A stretch of DNA of 64,000 nt from a virus. The DNA lies in IMG/VR virus record IMGVR_UViG_3300042292_000345, positions 13,326 through 77,325 of that record; one strand, 5' to 3'. The position numbers and the translations under genes were made by a program. Under the pieces are notes generated by a model that saw nothing but the letters and a program-made list of their open reading frames with translations, ran no database searches and was not told the origin of the DNA. Below, in pieces: positions 55,853 to 64,000 of the stretch (its first letter is position 1; each line of letters starts with the position of its first letter).

Positions 55853-56272
55853 ATGAATGATGAATTCAGTCATTCAAAATCCTTACAGCCTAAAGTCAAG
55901 TCCCTGCCAGACCAAATAAATGATATAAGAAATTATCGGGCAGGGAATGATAACAGTGTTGTTAGGTTAAGAAACATTGGATTCGATCCAATAGGTGAAC
56001 TAGTAATTAACTATAAGAGACTAGAAGCCGAAATAGAAAGACAAGAAAAGTGGAGAGATGGTATTATAGGCTATGTGCCTAAAAATGCTAACGGAACTCC
56101 CAAAGCATATAGACCAGAAGTCCATCATGCTTTATATGTACAATTAGGTAAGATATCTGAGTCTTTATTACGATATGGTTATGGAAGAGTTTCTGAAATA
56201 ACTGAAGAATCTAAAAATACTCAAGCAATGCCTGTAATTATTAATTTACATTCAGGCAATAAAGATGGCTGA
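55853..56272 (+). CDS. Putative terminase small subunit
   Basis: Overlaps the start of terL; FDPIGELV and LLRYGYG motifs; C-terminal PVIINL strand. Confidence 0.6.
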   Translation: MNDEFSHSKSLQPKVKSLPDQINDIRNYRAGNDNSVVRLRNIGFDPIGELVINYKRLEAEIERQEKWRDGIIGYVPKNANGTPKAYRPEVHHALYVQLGKISESLLRYGYGRVSEITEESKNTQAMPVIINLHSGNKDG

Positions 56273-57620
56273 AATAGACCTACATGAAACACAATCAATT
56301 GTTTTCAAAGATCTCATGGTTGACAATGTTTGTCAGTACAGTGCTGTGTGCTGTTCGAGAGGTTGGGGAAAATCCTATTTAGGTGCTTCTGCAGGTGTAT
56401 CAGCTGTTAGTGAGTTACTAACATTACCTAAATCTATACCAAATAAATTTGTGTATATTGTAGCTCCTACATTTGACCAAGTAATGGATATTTATCATCC
56501 TATACTTGCTTATGACTTTGACTTAGAGTCACACTGCAAGATTAATAAAGGATTAGGAAGATTTACTTTCCCTAATGCTTCTGAAATTCGTTTATTATCT
56601 TATGAAGCAGTACAAAGAATGAGAGGAAAAGGTTCTTACTTTACTGTATGGGACGAAGTATCCTCTTGTGAATCTGGTACATCACCTAAAGAAGCTTGGG
56701 AGTCTGTCATCCTCCCTAGCATGAATACTAGATGGTCTACTAAAAGAGTTAAAGAATTAAATGAAAAGTATGGTGATCTTTTACATAAACCTCTATCACC
56801 TGCTAGACTGTTAGGTATTAGTACTCCTAAAGGGTATAATTTCTTTCATCACTTATTCAGTCTATCAGAGTTAAATGAAAATTATAAATCATATCACTAT
56901 GATTACTTACAGTCTCCTTATCTAGATCCTGAAGATATTGAGAAGGCAAGAAATGATATGGATCCTATTACATTTGCTACAGAATATTTAGCTTTATTTA
57001 AAGAATCTGGATATGCAGTCTTCTACATGTTTGACCGTAAGTCACATGTAATGCATAGTTTAGAAGATTTTAGTGAAGAGGAAGATGTTCATGTAGCTAT
57101 TGACTTTAACGTAGCAGTACAGGCAAGTGCTGTATTTGCTGTTAGAGCTGGACAGATCCATATATTAGAGCAACTTAAAGGACATGCAGATACTGAAACA
57201 CTTGCTAAAGCTCTTAAAGAGAAATATGGCAAGCATCGTATATTTGCTTATCCAGATCCTTCAGGACGTGCAAGAAAGACATCAGCGCCAGTTGGCAGAA
57301 CAGACTTTAGCATCTTAGAATCATACGGAATCCGGTGTTTAGCTAGAACTGCTGCGCCACCTATAGTTGATTCAGTTCAAGCAGTCAATAGGATGTTAAA
57401 GTCTGCTAATGATCAGATAAGACTTTATGTACACCCCAGATGTGCCGATGTTATAACATCTCTCGAACGGACTAAATGGGCTGATAAGAATAAAGACAGT
57501 GCTACTATAGATAAATCTGAAGGTGTAGAACATTTTTCAGATGGTATTAGATACGCTGTAGAATATATCTTTCCAGTTGTTGCAGGTACTAAAAGGACTG
57601 CACGAGGATTTAAATTTTAG
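56265..57620 (+). CDS. terL: Terminase large subunit
   Basis: Walker A SRGWGKS, VAPT..Q, Walker B FTVWDE, STPKG, nuclease IDFN, DPSG, HFSDGIRY. Confidence 0.93.
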   Translation: MAEIDLHETQSIVFKDLMVDNVCQYSAVCCSRGWGKSYLGASAGVSAVSELLTLPKSIPNKFVYIVAPTFDQVMDIYHPILAYDFDLESHCKINKGLGRFTFPNASEIRLLSYEAVQRMRGKGSYFTVWDEVSSCESGTSPKEAWESVILPSMNTRWSTKRVKELNEKYGDLLHKPLSPARLLGISTPKGYNFFHHLFSLSELNENYKSYHYDYLQSPYLDPEDIEKARNDMDPITFATEYLALFKESGYAVFYMFDRKSHVMHSLEDFSEEEDVHVAIDFNVAVQASAVFAVRAGQIHILEQLKGHADTETLAKALKEKYGKHRIFAYPDPSGRARKTSAPVGRTDFSILESYGIRCLARTAAPPIVDSVQAVNRMLKSANDQIRLYVHPRCADVITSLERTKWADKNKDSATIDKSEGVEHFSDGIRYAVEYIFPVVAGTKRTARGFKF

Positions 57621-57633
57621 TAAAGGGACTAAC

Positions 57634-57918
57634 ATGACACTTAACGATTATGTCACAATAGGGTTAAATATTGCAGCATTTCTAATTACTTCTGGATTTG
57701 CTTTTTTAGGTAATAAATTTAATACATTACAGAAAGAAAGTGATTCTAGTAAGGCTGAGTTAGCTAGCTTAAGGTTAGAAATGGCCAATAATTTTGTGAG
57801 ACGTAATGATATGAAAGCGGATTTAGATAAATTAGAAAGCAGAATTGATCGGCTGGAAGATGATCTAGGTTCAAAGTTAGATACTATAATTGACCATCTA
57901 TTAAAATCTCAAAGGTAG
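57634..57918 (+). CDS. Single-TM plus coiled-coil protein (holin/antiholin-like)
   Basis: TIGLNIAAFLITSGFAFLG then FVRRND..LDKLESRIDRLED..KLD. Confidence 0.55.
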   Translation: MTLNDYVTIGLNIAAFLITSGFAFLGNKFNTLQKESDSSKAELASLRLEMANNFVRRNDMKADLDKLESRIDRLEDDLGSKLDTIIDHLLKSQR

Positions 57919-57925
57919 GCATACT

Positions 57926-58540
57926 ATGGCAAGGGCTATAACCACGAGTACCGTTACTACCACTACTGTTCAAGATGTCGGTTCTGTTTTATGGTCATTC
58001 ACACAAGGTGAGCAGTTAGAGTTTAATGTTACTATCAGCTTTATTTCTAATCTAACAGATTATGTATTTGAAGCAGTAGTTATAGAAGCTGATAATACCT
58101 CATCTTATAAGATAAGACCCACGCAAGTACAACCATTAGGTAAAAAGCTCAGATTAGCTACTAGACTCCATGATGAATGGGATCCTCTTGTATTATATAT
58201 CACAGGACAGCTAGTCAGATTAGGTGCTGAAATTTATGAAAGACTTACTGTAGGTACTTCTGATACATACCCTAACGAAGATACAGTTAACTGGAAGCTA
58301 AGAGCTGATAGAAGTGCTTCAGAGCTATTTATTAGATTCCCAGAATCTCTTTCAGCAAATTGGACAGTACAACCAACAGTAAATAAGAAAGTCTATGGCT
58401 TTTTTGAATTAAGAGTCACAGAGCCTGTATTAGTATTTCCAAGAACATGGAAGCCTATTAGAGGAATGGTAGAAATCGCATTTAGCCCAACTGTATTAGT
58501 CAACGACAATACTGCTGAGGGCGCTTATGATAATACTTGA
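57926..58540 (+). CDS. Virion structural protein with CBM5/12-like insert
   Basis: QGEQLEF..YGFFELRVTE..RGMVEIAFSPT; WDPLVLYITGQLV..NW insert. Confidence 0.5.
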   Translation: MARAITTSTVTTTTVQDVGSVLWSFTQGEQLEFNVTISFISNLTDYVFEAVVIEADNTSSYKIRPTQVQPLGKKLRLATRLHDEWDPLVLYITGQLVRLGAEIYERLTVGTSDTYPNEDTVNWKLRADRSASELFIRFPESLSANWTVQPTVNKKVYGFFELRVTEPVLVFPRTWKPIRGMVEIAFSPTVLVNDNTAEGAYDNT

Positions 58541-59855
58541 AGATCCACTACTAGTAGCTATTGAAGATACAAATAAAACAGCTGACATAGCTGAGATAAG
58601 TTCTTTAATAGCTACTGCTACTGATAATACTATATTAGCTACCTACCAGTATGCTGACCTAGTTGCTTATGCAGCTGATTCAACTACTAAACTAGCTATC
58701 AGTGCTGCTAAATCCTTAAATGCTGTATTTGAAATTACAGAAATAAAGACTTATGTAGACCTGGCAAGTCCATCAGTATATTTAAGAAAAATTAGAGGTA
58801 CTCATACAGAGACATGGGCTTTAAGCTCAATAGATACCTTCAGATTTGATATCGTAAAAGATGTTATAGAACCTCTTAATATGATAGAACGAGCCAATTA
58901 TCGTGTTGGTACTTCACTAACAGATGTAGCTGATTTGATGACTGATGAAGTATTGCAGACTATTAGACCTACACAATATGAGGATATGTCTATATTAGAG
59001 TCTGTTACATTCTATCATAATAAGAATATGTTTGATGTAGCAAATATGATAGATATACTAGAGAGTGTACTTGGTACAGCTACTAGTGATACTTATATAT
59101 TTGAAATGTCTGATAGTATTAATAATGTCACTGTTAAGCCTCATATAACTAATTATCTATTTATTGAAGAGTATATAAGATTACACCTAAATAAAGTAAA
59201 TACAGAAATTGCAGATTATATTGATATTCTTGAAAGTACTTTAAGTACTGCTACAAGTGATACTTATATATTTGAAATGTCTGATAATATTGCTAATATT
59301 GTTCTCAATCCTAATACAATAGAGCAACTAGTTATTGATGAGTCTTTTAGATTTGATATTAAAAGAACTTCATTTGAGACTATGAGCCTACAAGCTATTC
59401 TAAGACCAAGAATAGAGTTAACTAAATATCTCTATCTTATTTTAGAAGAGAGTATATCTACAAAGCTTAAGTCAGTATTTACAAATTATGTATTTTATTT
59501 AGAAGACTTGCGTACAAGGCTAACAGTTACTTTATCAGATTCTTATACATTTGATGAATCTATTCCTACATATGTACAAAGATTTTATGAGGATCTTCCA
59601 GCATTTGATAGTTTAGAAAATATTGTGCTAGATATGCCACAGGCTAATACACTAGGAATGTTATCTCAATTATATTCTTATTTTGCTACAACTGTAAAAG
59701 ATTTAATTACTTATGGCTTTAATGACACAATTTCTCTTAGATTAAAAAGAACACAAACAGACCCAATAAATTACCAAGATACGATATCAGGATATATAGA
59801 TGATTATTTCTTACCTGATTACTGTGATCTCGGATACGCAGGAATCCCAATATGA
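58527..59855 (+). CDS. Repeat-rich putative virion protein
   Basis: ~19-aa periodicity; 31-bp exact repeat at 59085 and 59256; C-terminal DYFLPDY. Confidence 0.55.
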   Translation: MIILEDPLLVAIEDTNKTADIAEISSLIATATDNTILATYQYADLVAYAADSTTKLAISAAKSLNAVFEITEIKTYVDLASPSVYLRKIRGTHTETWALSSIDTFRFDIVKDVIEPLNMIERANYRVGTSLTDVADLMTDEVLQTIRPTQYEDMSILESVTFYHNKNMFDVANMIDILESVLGTATSDTYIFEMSDSINNVTVKPHITNYLFIEEYIRLHLNKVNTEIADYIDILESTLSTATSDTYIFEMSDNIANIVLNPNTIEQLVIDESFRFDIKRTSFETMSLQAILRPRIELTKYLYLILEESISTKLKSVFTNYVFYLEDLRTRLTVTLSDSYTFDESIPTYVQRFYEDLPAFDSLENIVLDMPQANTLGMLSQLYSYFATTVKDLITYGFNDTISLRLKRTQTDPINYQDTISGYIDDYFLPDYCDLGYAGIPI

Positions 59856-60280
59856 TTGATGAACTTACTTTAAAAGGTACAGTCAGTGGTAGAGTCATTA
59901 GAGCAAATGGTGAGGAATTGCCTTTTACTATTAATAATATGATTGTTACTACTGGCAAACAATTTGCAGTTGCTAGACTATATTCTGCTAGTGTGACTCC
60001 TATTTCTCACATGGGAATTGGCAACAGTTCAAGTGCGCCTAACTTAGGCCAAGCTGAACTAATAGGAGAATTTGGAACTAGATCTGCAGTTACAGCTTCT
60101 ATTACCCAGAACAATATTAAATTTTCTTCTGATTTTACTAACATTAATGCAACAGTATCTGAAATTGGTCTATTTAATGCTAATGCAGGTGGTCTTATGT
60201 TTGCAAGAGCTTTAATTGGTCCATTTCCATTAACACCAACAGATACATTAGCGCTTGATTGGAATGTAAACGTTCCTTAA
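59852..60280 (+). CDS. Tail/collar fibre-type structural protein
   Basis: NMIVTTGK..ISHMGIG..L.GE..R..SEIGLFNA..GG.MFAR..D.L...W. Confidence 0.65.
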   Translation: MIDELTLKGTVSGRVIRANGEELPFTINNMIVTTGKQFAVARLYSASVTPISHMGIGNSSSAPNLGQAELIGEFGTRSAVTASITQNNIKFSSDFTNINATVSEIGLFNANAGGLMFARALIGPFPLTPTDTLALDWNVNVP

Positions 60281-60289
60281 GGACTCTTT

Positions 60290-61054
60290 ATGGTTGATCT
60301 AACTCTCAGAGAGACTAAGGGAAGTGTCTTAACTCATGCTGAGATGGATACTAACCTAGTTAATCTTAAAAATGCTGTTAATAGATCTGTAAATATTAAT
60401 AAAGGTCTACCATGGTCTGCTGGTACTTATACATATGGCGCATTAATACGTCATCAAGATATGGCGTATGTTTGTATAGCTGATAGTACTACTGCAGTAC
60501 CAACAGATCCACTGGCATGGTCACCTATAGGCAAAGGGAGCTATCTATTAGATGAAATAGCAGATGTTGACATAGTTGCTCCAAATCATAATGATTTTTT
60601 ATTGTATGATGAGATTAGTGATACTTGGCAGAATCAAGCTGTCAGTTATACAGTATCTTCGCTATCTGACATTAGTTTAACAGGAGCCCAGACTGGCGAT
60701 GTAATGACTTATAATGGTCTGACAGATCGATGGGAAAATAAAAAAATACCTGGAAATTTTAGAATGAATTTCTTAGGACCATTAGAACCAGTAACGAGTA
60801 CTGTTAGATATTATCCCATACGTAGTATAACTGTTAAAAGTTATTTTATAACTGCTGGTGGTGCGCCTAATGCTGCTGGGAATTTAGTTATTAAGAAAAA
60901 CAATGTTACTGTCACAACTGTCTCAGTACCTTCTGGAACTGTTAAAACAGATACAACTCCTTTATCTATAGTACTATCTACTACTGACTATCTTACAGTA
61001 GATAGTACATTGTCTAGTGGTAAAGATCTTTCAATAATATTTATATACGAATAG
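60290..61054 (+). CDS. Fibre-like virion protein
   Basis: LTLRETKGSVLTHAEMDTNL start; L..I.DV......DFLLYD....W.N repeats; CBM-like segment. Confidence 0.65.
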   Translation: MVDLTLRETKGSVLTHAEMDTNLVNLKNAVNRSVNINKGLPWSAGTYTYGALIRHQDMAYVCIADSTTAVPTDPLAWSPIGKGSYLLDEIADVDIVAPNHNDFLLYDEISDTWQNQAVSYTVSSLSDISLTGAQTGDVMTYNGLTDRWENKKIPGNFRMNFLGPLEPVTSTVRYYPIRSITVKSYFITAGGAPNAAGNLVIKKNNVTVTTVSVPSGTVKTDTTPLSIVLSTTDYLTVDSTLSSGKDLSIIFIYE

Positions 61055-61058
61055 AAAA

Positions 61059-63440
61059 ATGTCAATTACAGCTACTTATATAGGACAGAGTACTGTCCAA
61101 GTTACAACGGCTTATACGCCTGTAGAGGGTGCAGCAACGCTGACATCTTTTTCAACTATTGCAGATACTATTGCAGACGCTATTGTAGGTATTCAGCCTA
61201 CTAACTCAGGTACTACTAATGCAGGTGCATTTACTGCCTATAATACTAATATACAACCTTCAGTAGGTGTTACATTTGCTCAAGCATCTGGCATTACTGC
61301 GCAGGCAAGTTCTGGATGGTCTCTTTATGATGCTTTCTGGGGCGGTGATATATCTTATGCAGTAGTGGCTAATACTCCTGACCCACGTTCTATTTTATTT
61401 ACACAAGTTTTTAGATCTTTAAATAAAGATGGTAGCACCTATAAGTACTTTATTATTAGATATAATAAACAAACAATGGTCTTAAATACATCTTCATGTG
61501 AAAGTTGGAATATAACTACACATCAGCCTGTTAATGAAGTCTGGACACACTTTGATTGCTCGCCTATTGGATTTAACAATGTCTGTGCTGATATTATAGT
61601 GATGGTAAATCCTCGCTGGCTATGTCTTACTTCATTTATTGACGGCGATCCTGGGCCATGGTCTGGCGTATTTGAACTAGAGCGTGAAGACGCCTATGAT
61701 ACTGCTGCTGCTAATTTCCCATGCTATGTTTGGTTATGTCAGTATTCTATGATGGCAGGGGTTAGGGGAACTGCTGAAGCAACACCTGCGGGTGGTTCAG
61801 CTACAACACCTGGAGGTGGTAACTATCATCAAGTTGGCTCGTTTCCTAGAACCAAAGATGGAAGTACAGGTAAAAACGCATTAAATAAAGTGTGGGGCTT
61901 TGATCTAGGTATCTGTACATATGTATCACCATTTGTTGCTCCTACACCGCCTATTGTGTATGCCCTAGGTCAAGCACAAGCCTATTTTAGATATAATGGA
62001 TGGAATAGTTCAATAGCGCAGACATTGCCATTTAAGCCTATTCTAAATGCGCAAAGTAACCCACCTATTAATTACGGTGCGGCATATGGTCTAAAAATGC
62101 TGTATCCAATAGGCTATCAGATGAATAAGATTACTGTAGCTACTGATAGTGATGGTAATGCTTCTAAAACAGGAACTAATAGGTCTCATTGGTTGCTTAA
62201 TAATCTCTGGATAGCTAATAATAATTTACCAGGTATGATACAGAATTATCCACTTAGTTATGTAGCTAAGCTAGGTTCTGGCGTAATATCTATTGGTGCT
62301 TCTGCAGTTACTAACTGTGTTGTAATAGGCACCTACGCTTATATCACAGATGACCTGAATGTATTTGCTCGTGTTGATTTAAGGACTTTTGTAACTACTA
62401 AAATTGCAGCTGTTAATGCGAATACCTCACGTATTGCAGATATTAAATACGACGGTGAGCGATATGTGTATATTGCTAGAACTGATAGAATTCAAAGGCT
62501 AGATATTGCAGATGAGACTGTGGCCACTAGTGTAGTATACCCAGGTTCAGCTACTGTTGCTCAAAGTATCTTTTGCATGAATATCAACAATAAAACACTA
62601 ATGGTAGGCACCCAAGTAGGTGGTATCAGTACTATTTGTTATACTTTGCCACTTACAGGTACTTTTACTACCAATACATGGACTACGCTAACAACTACTA
62701 CTATCGGTACGTCTACTACTGGACATCCAGGTTGTATTGAAGTTACACATGAGGGTAATTTTGTTCTCGTACCGATACATAATAGCGGCACTCTTTTCTC
62801 CACTTCTATACCATTATTTAAAGATAACGGTAATTCATGGGGCGTAGTGACAGGCCCTTCATCAAATAATAACCTAGCAAATTCAGGCTTTCCATACGGT
62901 TGGTCACAAATAAATAAAGATTATGCTGTTGCATTTAACTCTTCTAATACTACTACAGCTAGCGGATCTGGCTGGCATGTTGGATGCTCTCCATATCTTT
63001 ATAAAAGTAATAATGGTGCTGCTACTTATATTAATGACGCTGATACAACTCTTGCCTCTGCTTGGGGCCTACCCAATGCATGGAATAGTTATGGAAACCA
63101 AGCTGAACAACCAAGATATAATAGAATTAGCTCCATGAAATTTGGTGGAGGCTTCTTTATGTGGTGTAAAGGTAGTGGCACTAATGTATACTTCTTAACA
63201 GTTAACCTACTTAGTTTCAAATCTAGTACACCTAATTGCGCTATGCTAGGTTCTACAAACTATGGTATAGACTATATTTGGGAAGGTGGAAGTTTTAACG
63301 GTGCTTTTATGGATGGTAGCAGAATTATTTCATGGGCAGGAGATCGTATGAAAGTAATTAGAGGCGTTGGAAATCCTAACAAGCCTGGAGGTCAATATGG
63401 TAGTACTACTTACTTTGCTCAATTTGCTGTACCTGTATGA
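61059..63440 (+). CDS. Large putative virion protein, possible beta-propeller C-terminal half
   Basis: 793 aa, Ser/Thr/Gly/Asn-rich; GTYAYI, DGERYVY blade-like motifs. Confidence 0.55.
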   Translation: MSITATYIGQSTVQVTTAYTPVEGAATLTSFSTIADTIADAIVGIQPTNSGTTNAGAFTAYNTNIQPSVGVTFAQASGITAQASSGWSLYDAFWGGDISYAVVANTPDPRSILFTQVFRSLNKDGSTYKYFIIRYNKQTMVLNTSSCESWNITTHQPVNEVWTHFDCSPIGFNNVCADIIVMVNPRWLCLTSFIDGDPGPWSGVFELEREDAYDTAAANFPCYVWLCQYSMMAGVRGTAEATPAGGSATTPGGGNYHQVGSFPRTKDGSTGKNALNKVWGFDLGICTYVSPFVAPTPPIVYALGQAQAYFRYNGWNSSIAQTLPFKPILNAQSNPPINYGAAYGLKMLYPIGYQMNKITVATDSDGNASKTGTNRSHWLLNNLWIANNNLPGMIQNYPLSYVAKLGSGVISIGASAVTNCVVIGTYAYITDDLNVFARVDLRTFVTTKIAAVNANTSRIADIKYDGERYVYIARTDRIQRLDIADETVATSVVYPGSATVAQSIFCMNINNKTLMVGTQVGGISTICYTLPLTGTFTTNTWTTLTTTTIGTSTTGHPGCIEVTHEGNFVLVPIHNSGTLFSTSIPLFKDNGNSWGVVTGPSSNNNLANSGFPYGWSQINKDYAVAFNSSNTTTASGSGWHVGCSPYLYKSNNGAATYINDADTTLASAWGLPNAWNSYGNQAEQPRYNRISSMKFGGGFFMWCKGSGTNVYFLTVNLLSFKSSTPNCAMLGSTNYGIDYIWEGGSFNGAFMDGSRIISWAGDRMKVIRGVGNPNKPGGQYGSTTYFAQFAVPV

Positions 63441-64000
63441 CAGTCGCATCAGATTATACTAGTGTAACTATTGGAACTTATACAGGGCTGACTAGCATTT
63501 CACAAATTGGTCAAGCAACTTCAATAGATGTCCCTATTATTGCTATCCCTGCAAGTATACCTAGCCTATCTATTAGTAGACCTGCATATACTGATATTGC
63601 AACTACTTATGTAGGTATAAATAAAGTCAATACTTATATGGGTACTTTCAGCACAGTGGATAGCCCAGTTGTAAGTATTCCTGCTAGTATCCCTAGCCTA
63701 TCTATTAGTAGACCTATTTATACTAATATAACAGATACTTATGTAGGTATAAATAGAATTAATACTTATGCAGGTACTTTCGGCACAGTGGATAGTCCAG
63801 CTATAAGTATCCCTGCAAGTATACCTAGTCTATCTATTAGTAGACCTATTTATACTACTATAACAGATACTTATGTAGGTATAAATAGAATTAATACTTA
63901 TGCAGGTACTTTCGGCACAGTGGATAGTCCAGCTATAAGTATCCCTGCAAGTATACCTAGTCTATCTATTAGTAGACCTATTTATACTACTATAACAGAT
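63437..64000 (+). CDS. Putative virion protein with 44-aa tandem repeats (3'-truncated, not in ORF track)
   Basis: ATG overlaps previous stop; frame open to window end. Confidence 0.75.
   Translation, partial: MTVASDYTSVTIGTYTGLTSISQIGQATSIDVPIIAIPASIPSLSISRPAYTDIATTYVGINKVNTYMGTFSTVDSPVVSIPASIPSLSISRPIYTNITDTYVGINRINTYAGTFGTVDSPAISIPASIPSLSISRPIYTTITDTYVGINRINTYAGTFGTVDSPAISIPASIPSLSISRPIYTTITD
63545..64000 (+). repeat. 132-bp in-frame tandem repeat, at least 3.4 copies
   Basis: Units start at 63545, 63677, 63809, 63941; unit IPASIPSLSISRPIYTxITDTYVGINRINTYAGTFGTVDSPAIS. Confidence 0.92.

Noticed and set aside
59085-59286. Diversity-generating retroelement TR/VR pair
   Set aside because: Simple in-frame internal repeat, no adenine-specific mismatch pattern, and no reverse transcriptase in the window
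63545-64000. Possible CRISPR array
   Set aside because: Units are contiguous 132-bp in-frame coding repeats with no unique spacers
1-64000. Stop-codon reassignment
   Set aside because: Very long ORFs are intact under the standard code, and TAA, TAG and TGA all end genes

Overview
An AT-rich 64-kb segment of a long-tailed (sipho-type) dsDNA bacteriophage genome, with essentially all genes on the + strand. Order: end of tail-tube gene, tail chaperones with a lambda-type -1 frameshift, a ~3956-aa tape measure protein with an SLT domain, tail-tip genes, a collagen-like/S74 fibre and a glycine-rich adhesin (1-30.3 kb); holin-like and GNAT-like genes; an early-type cluster with a SleB-like hydrolase and a short T7-family single-subunit RNA polymerase (31-36.4 kb); a T7-like replication and nucleotide module with SSB, DUF3310, PolA, MazG-like protein, exonuclease, GIY-YIG, primase-helicase and nrdB/nrdA (37-46 kb); many small accessory genes, paralog families and an ATP-dependent ligase (46-55 kb); an AT-rich non-coding region with a palindrome and heptamer repeats (55.1-55.5 kb); terminase and further virion genes (55.8-64 kb). 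No capsid, portal, integrase, tRNA, CRISPR array or reverse transcriptase was recognised. The most unusual signals are non-coding: three copies of a CGCAAA-N5-GTATCTTATATGAA motif (candidate promoter for the N-terminally shortened RNAP), three related GC-rich ~140-160-bp elements, and seven uniform T11-12 tracts. All protein calls come from motif recognition by eye, not database searches.
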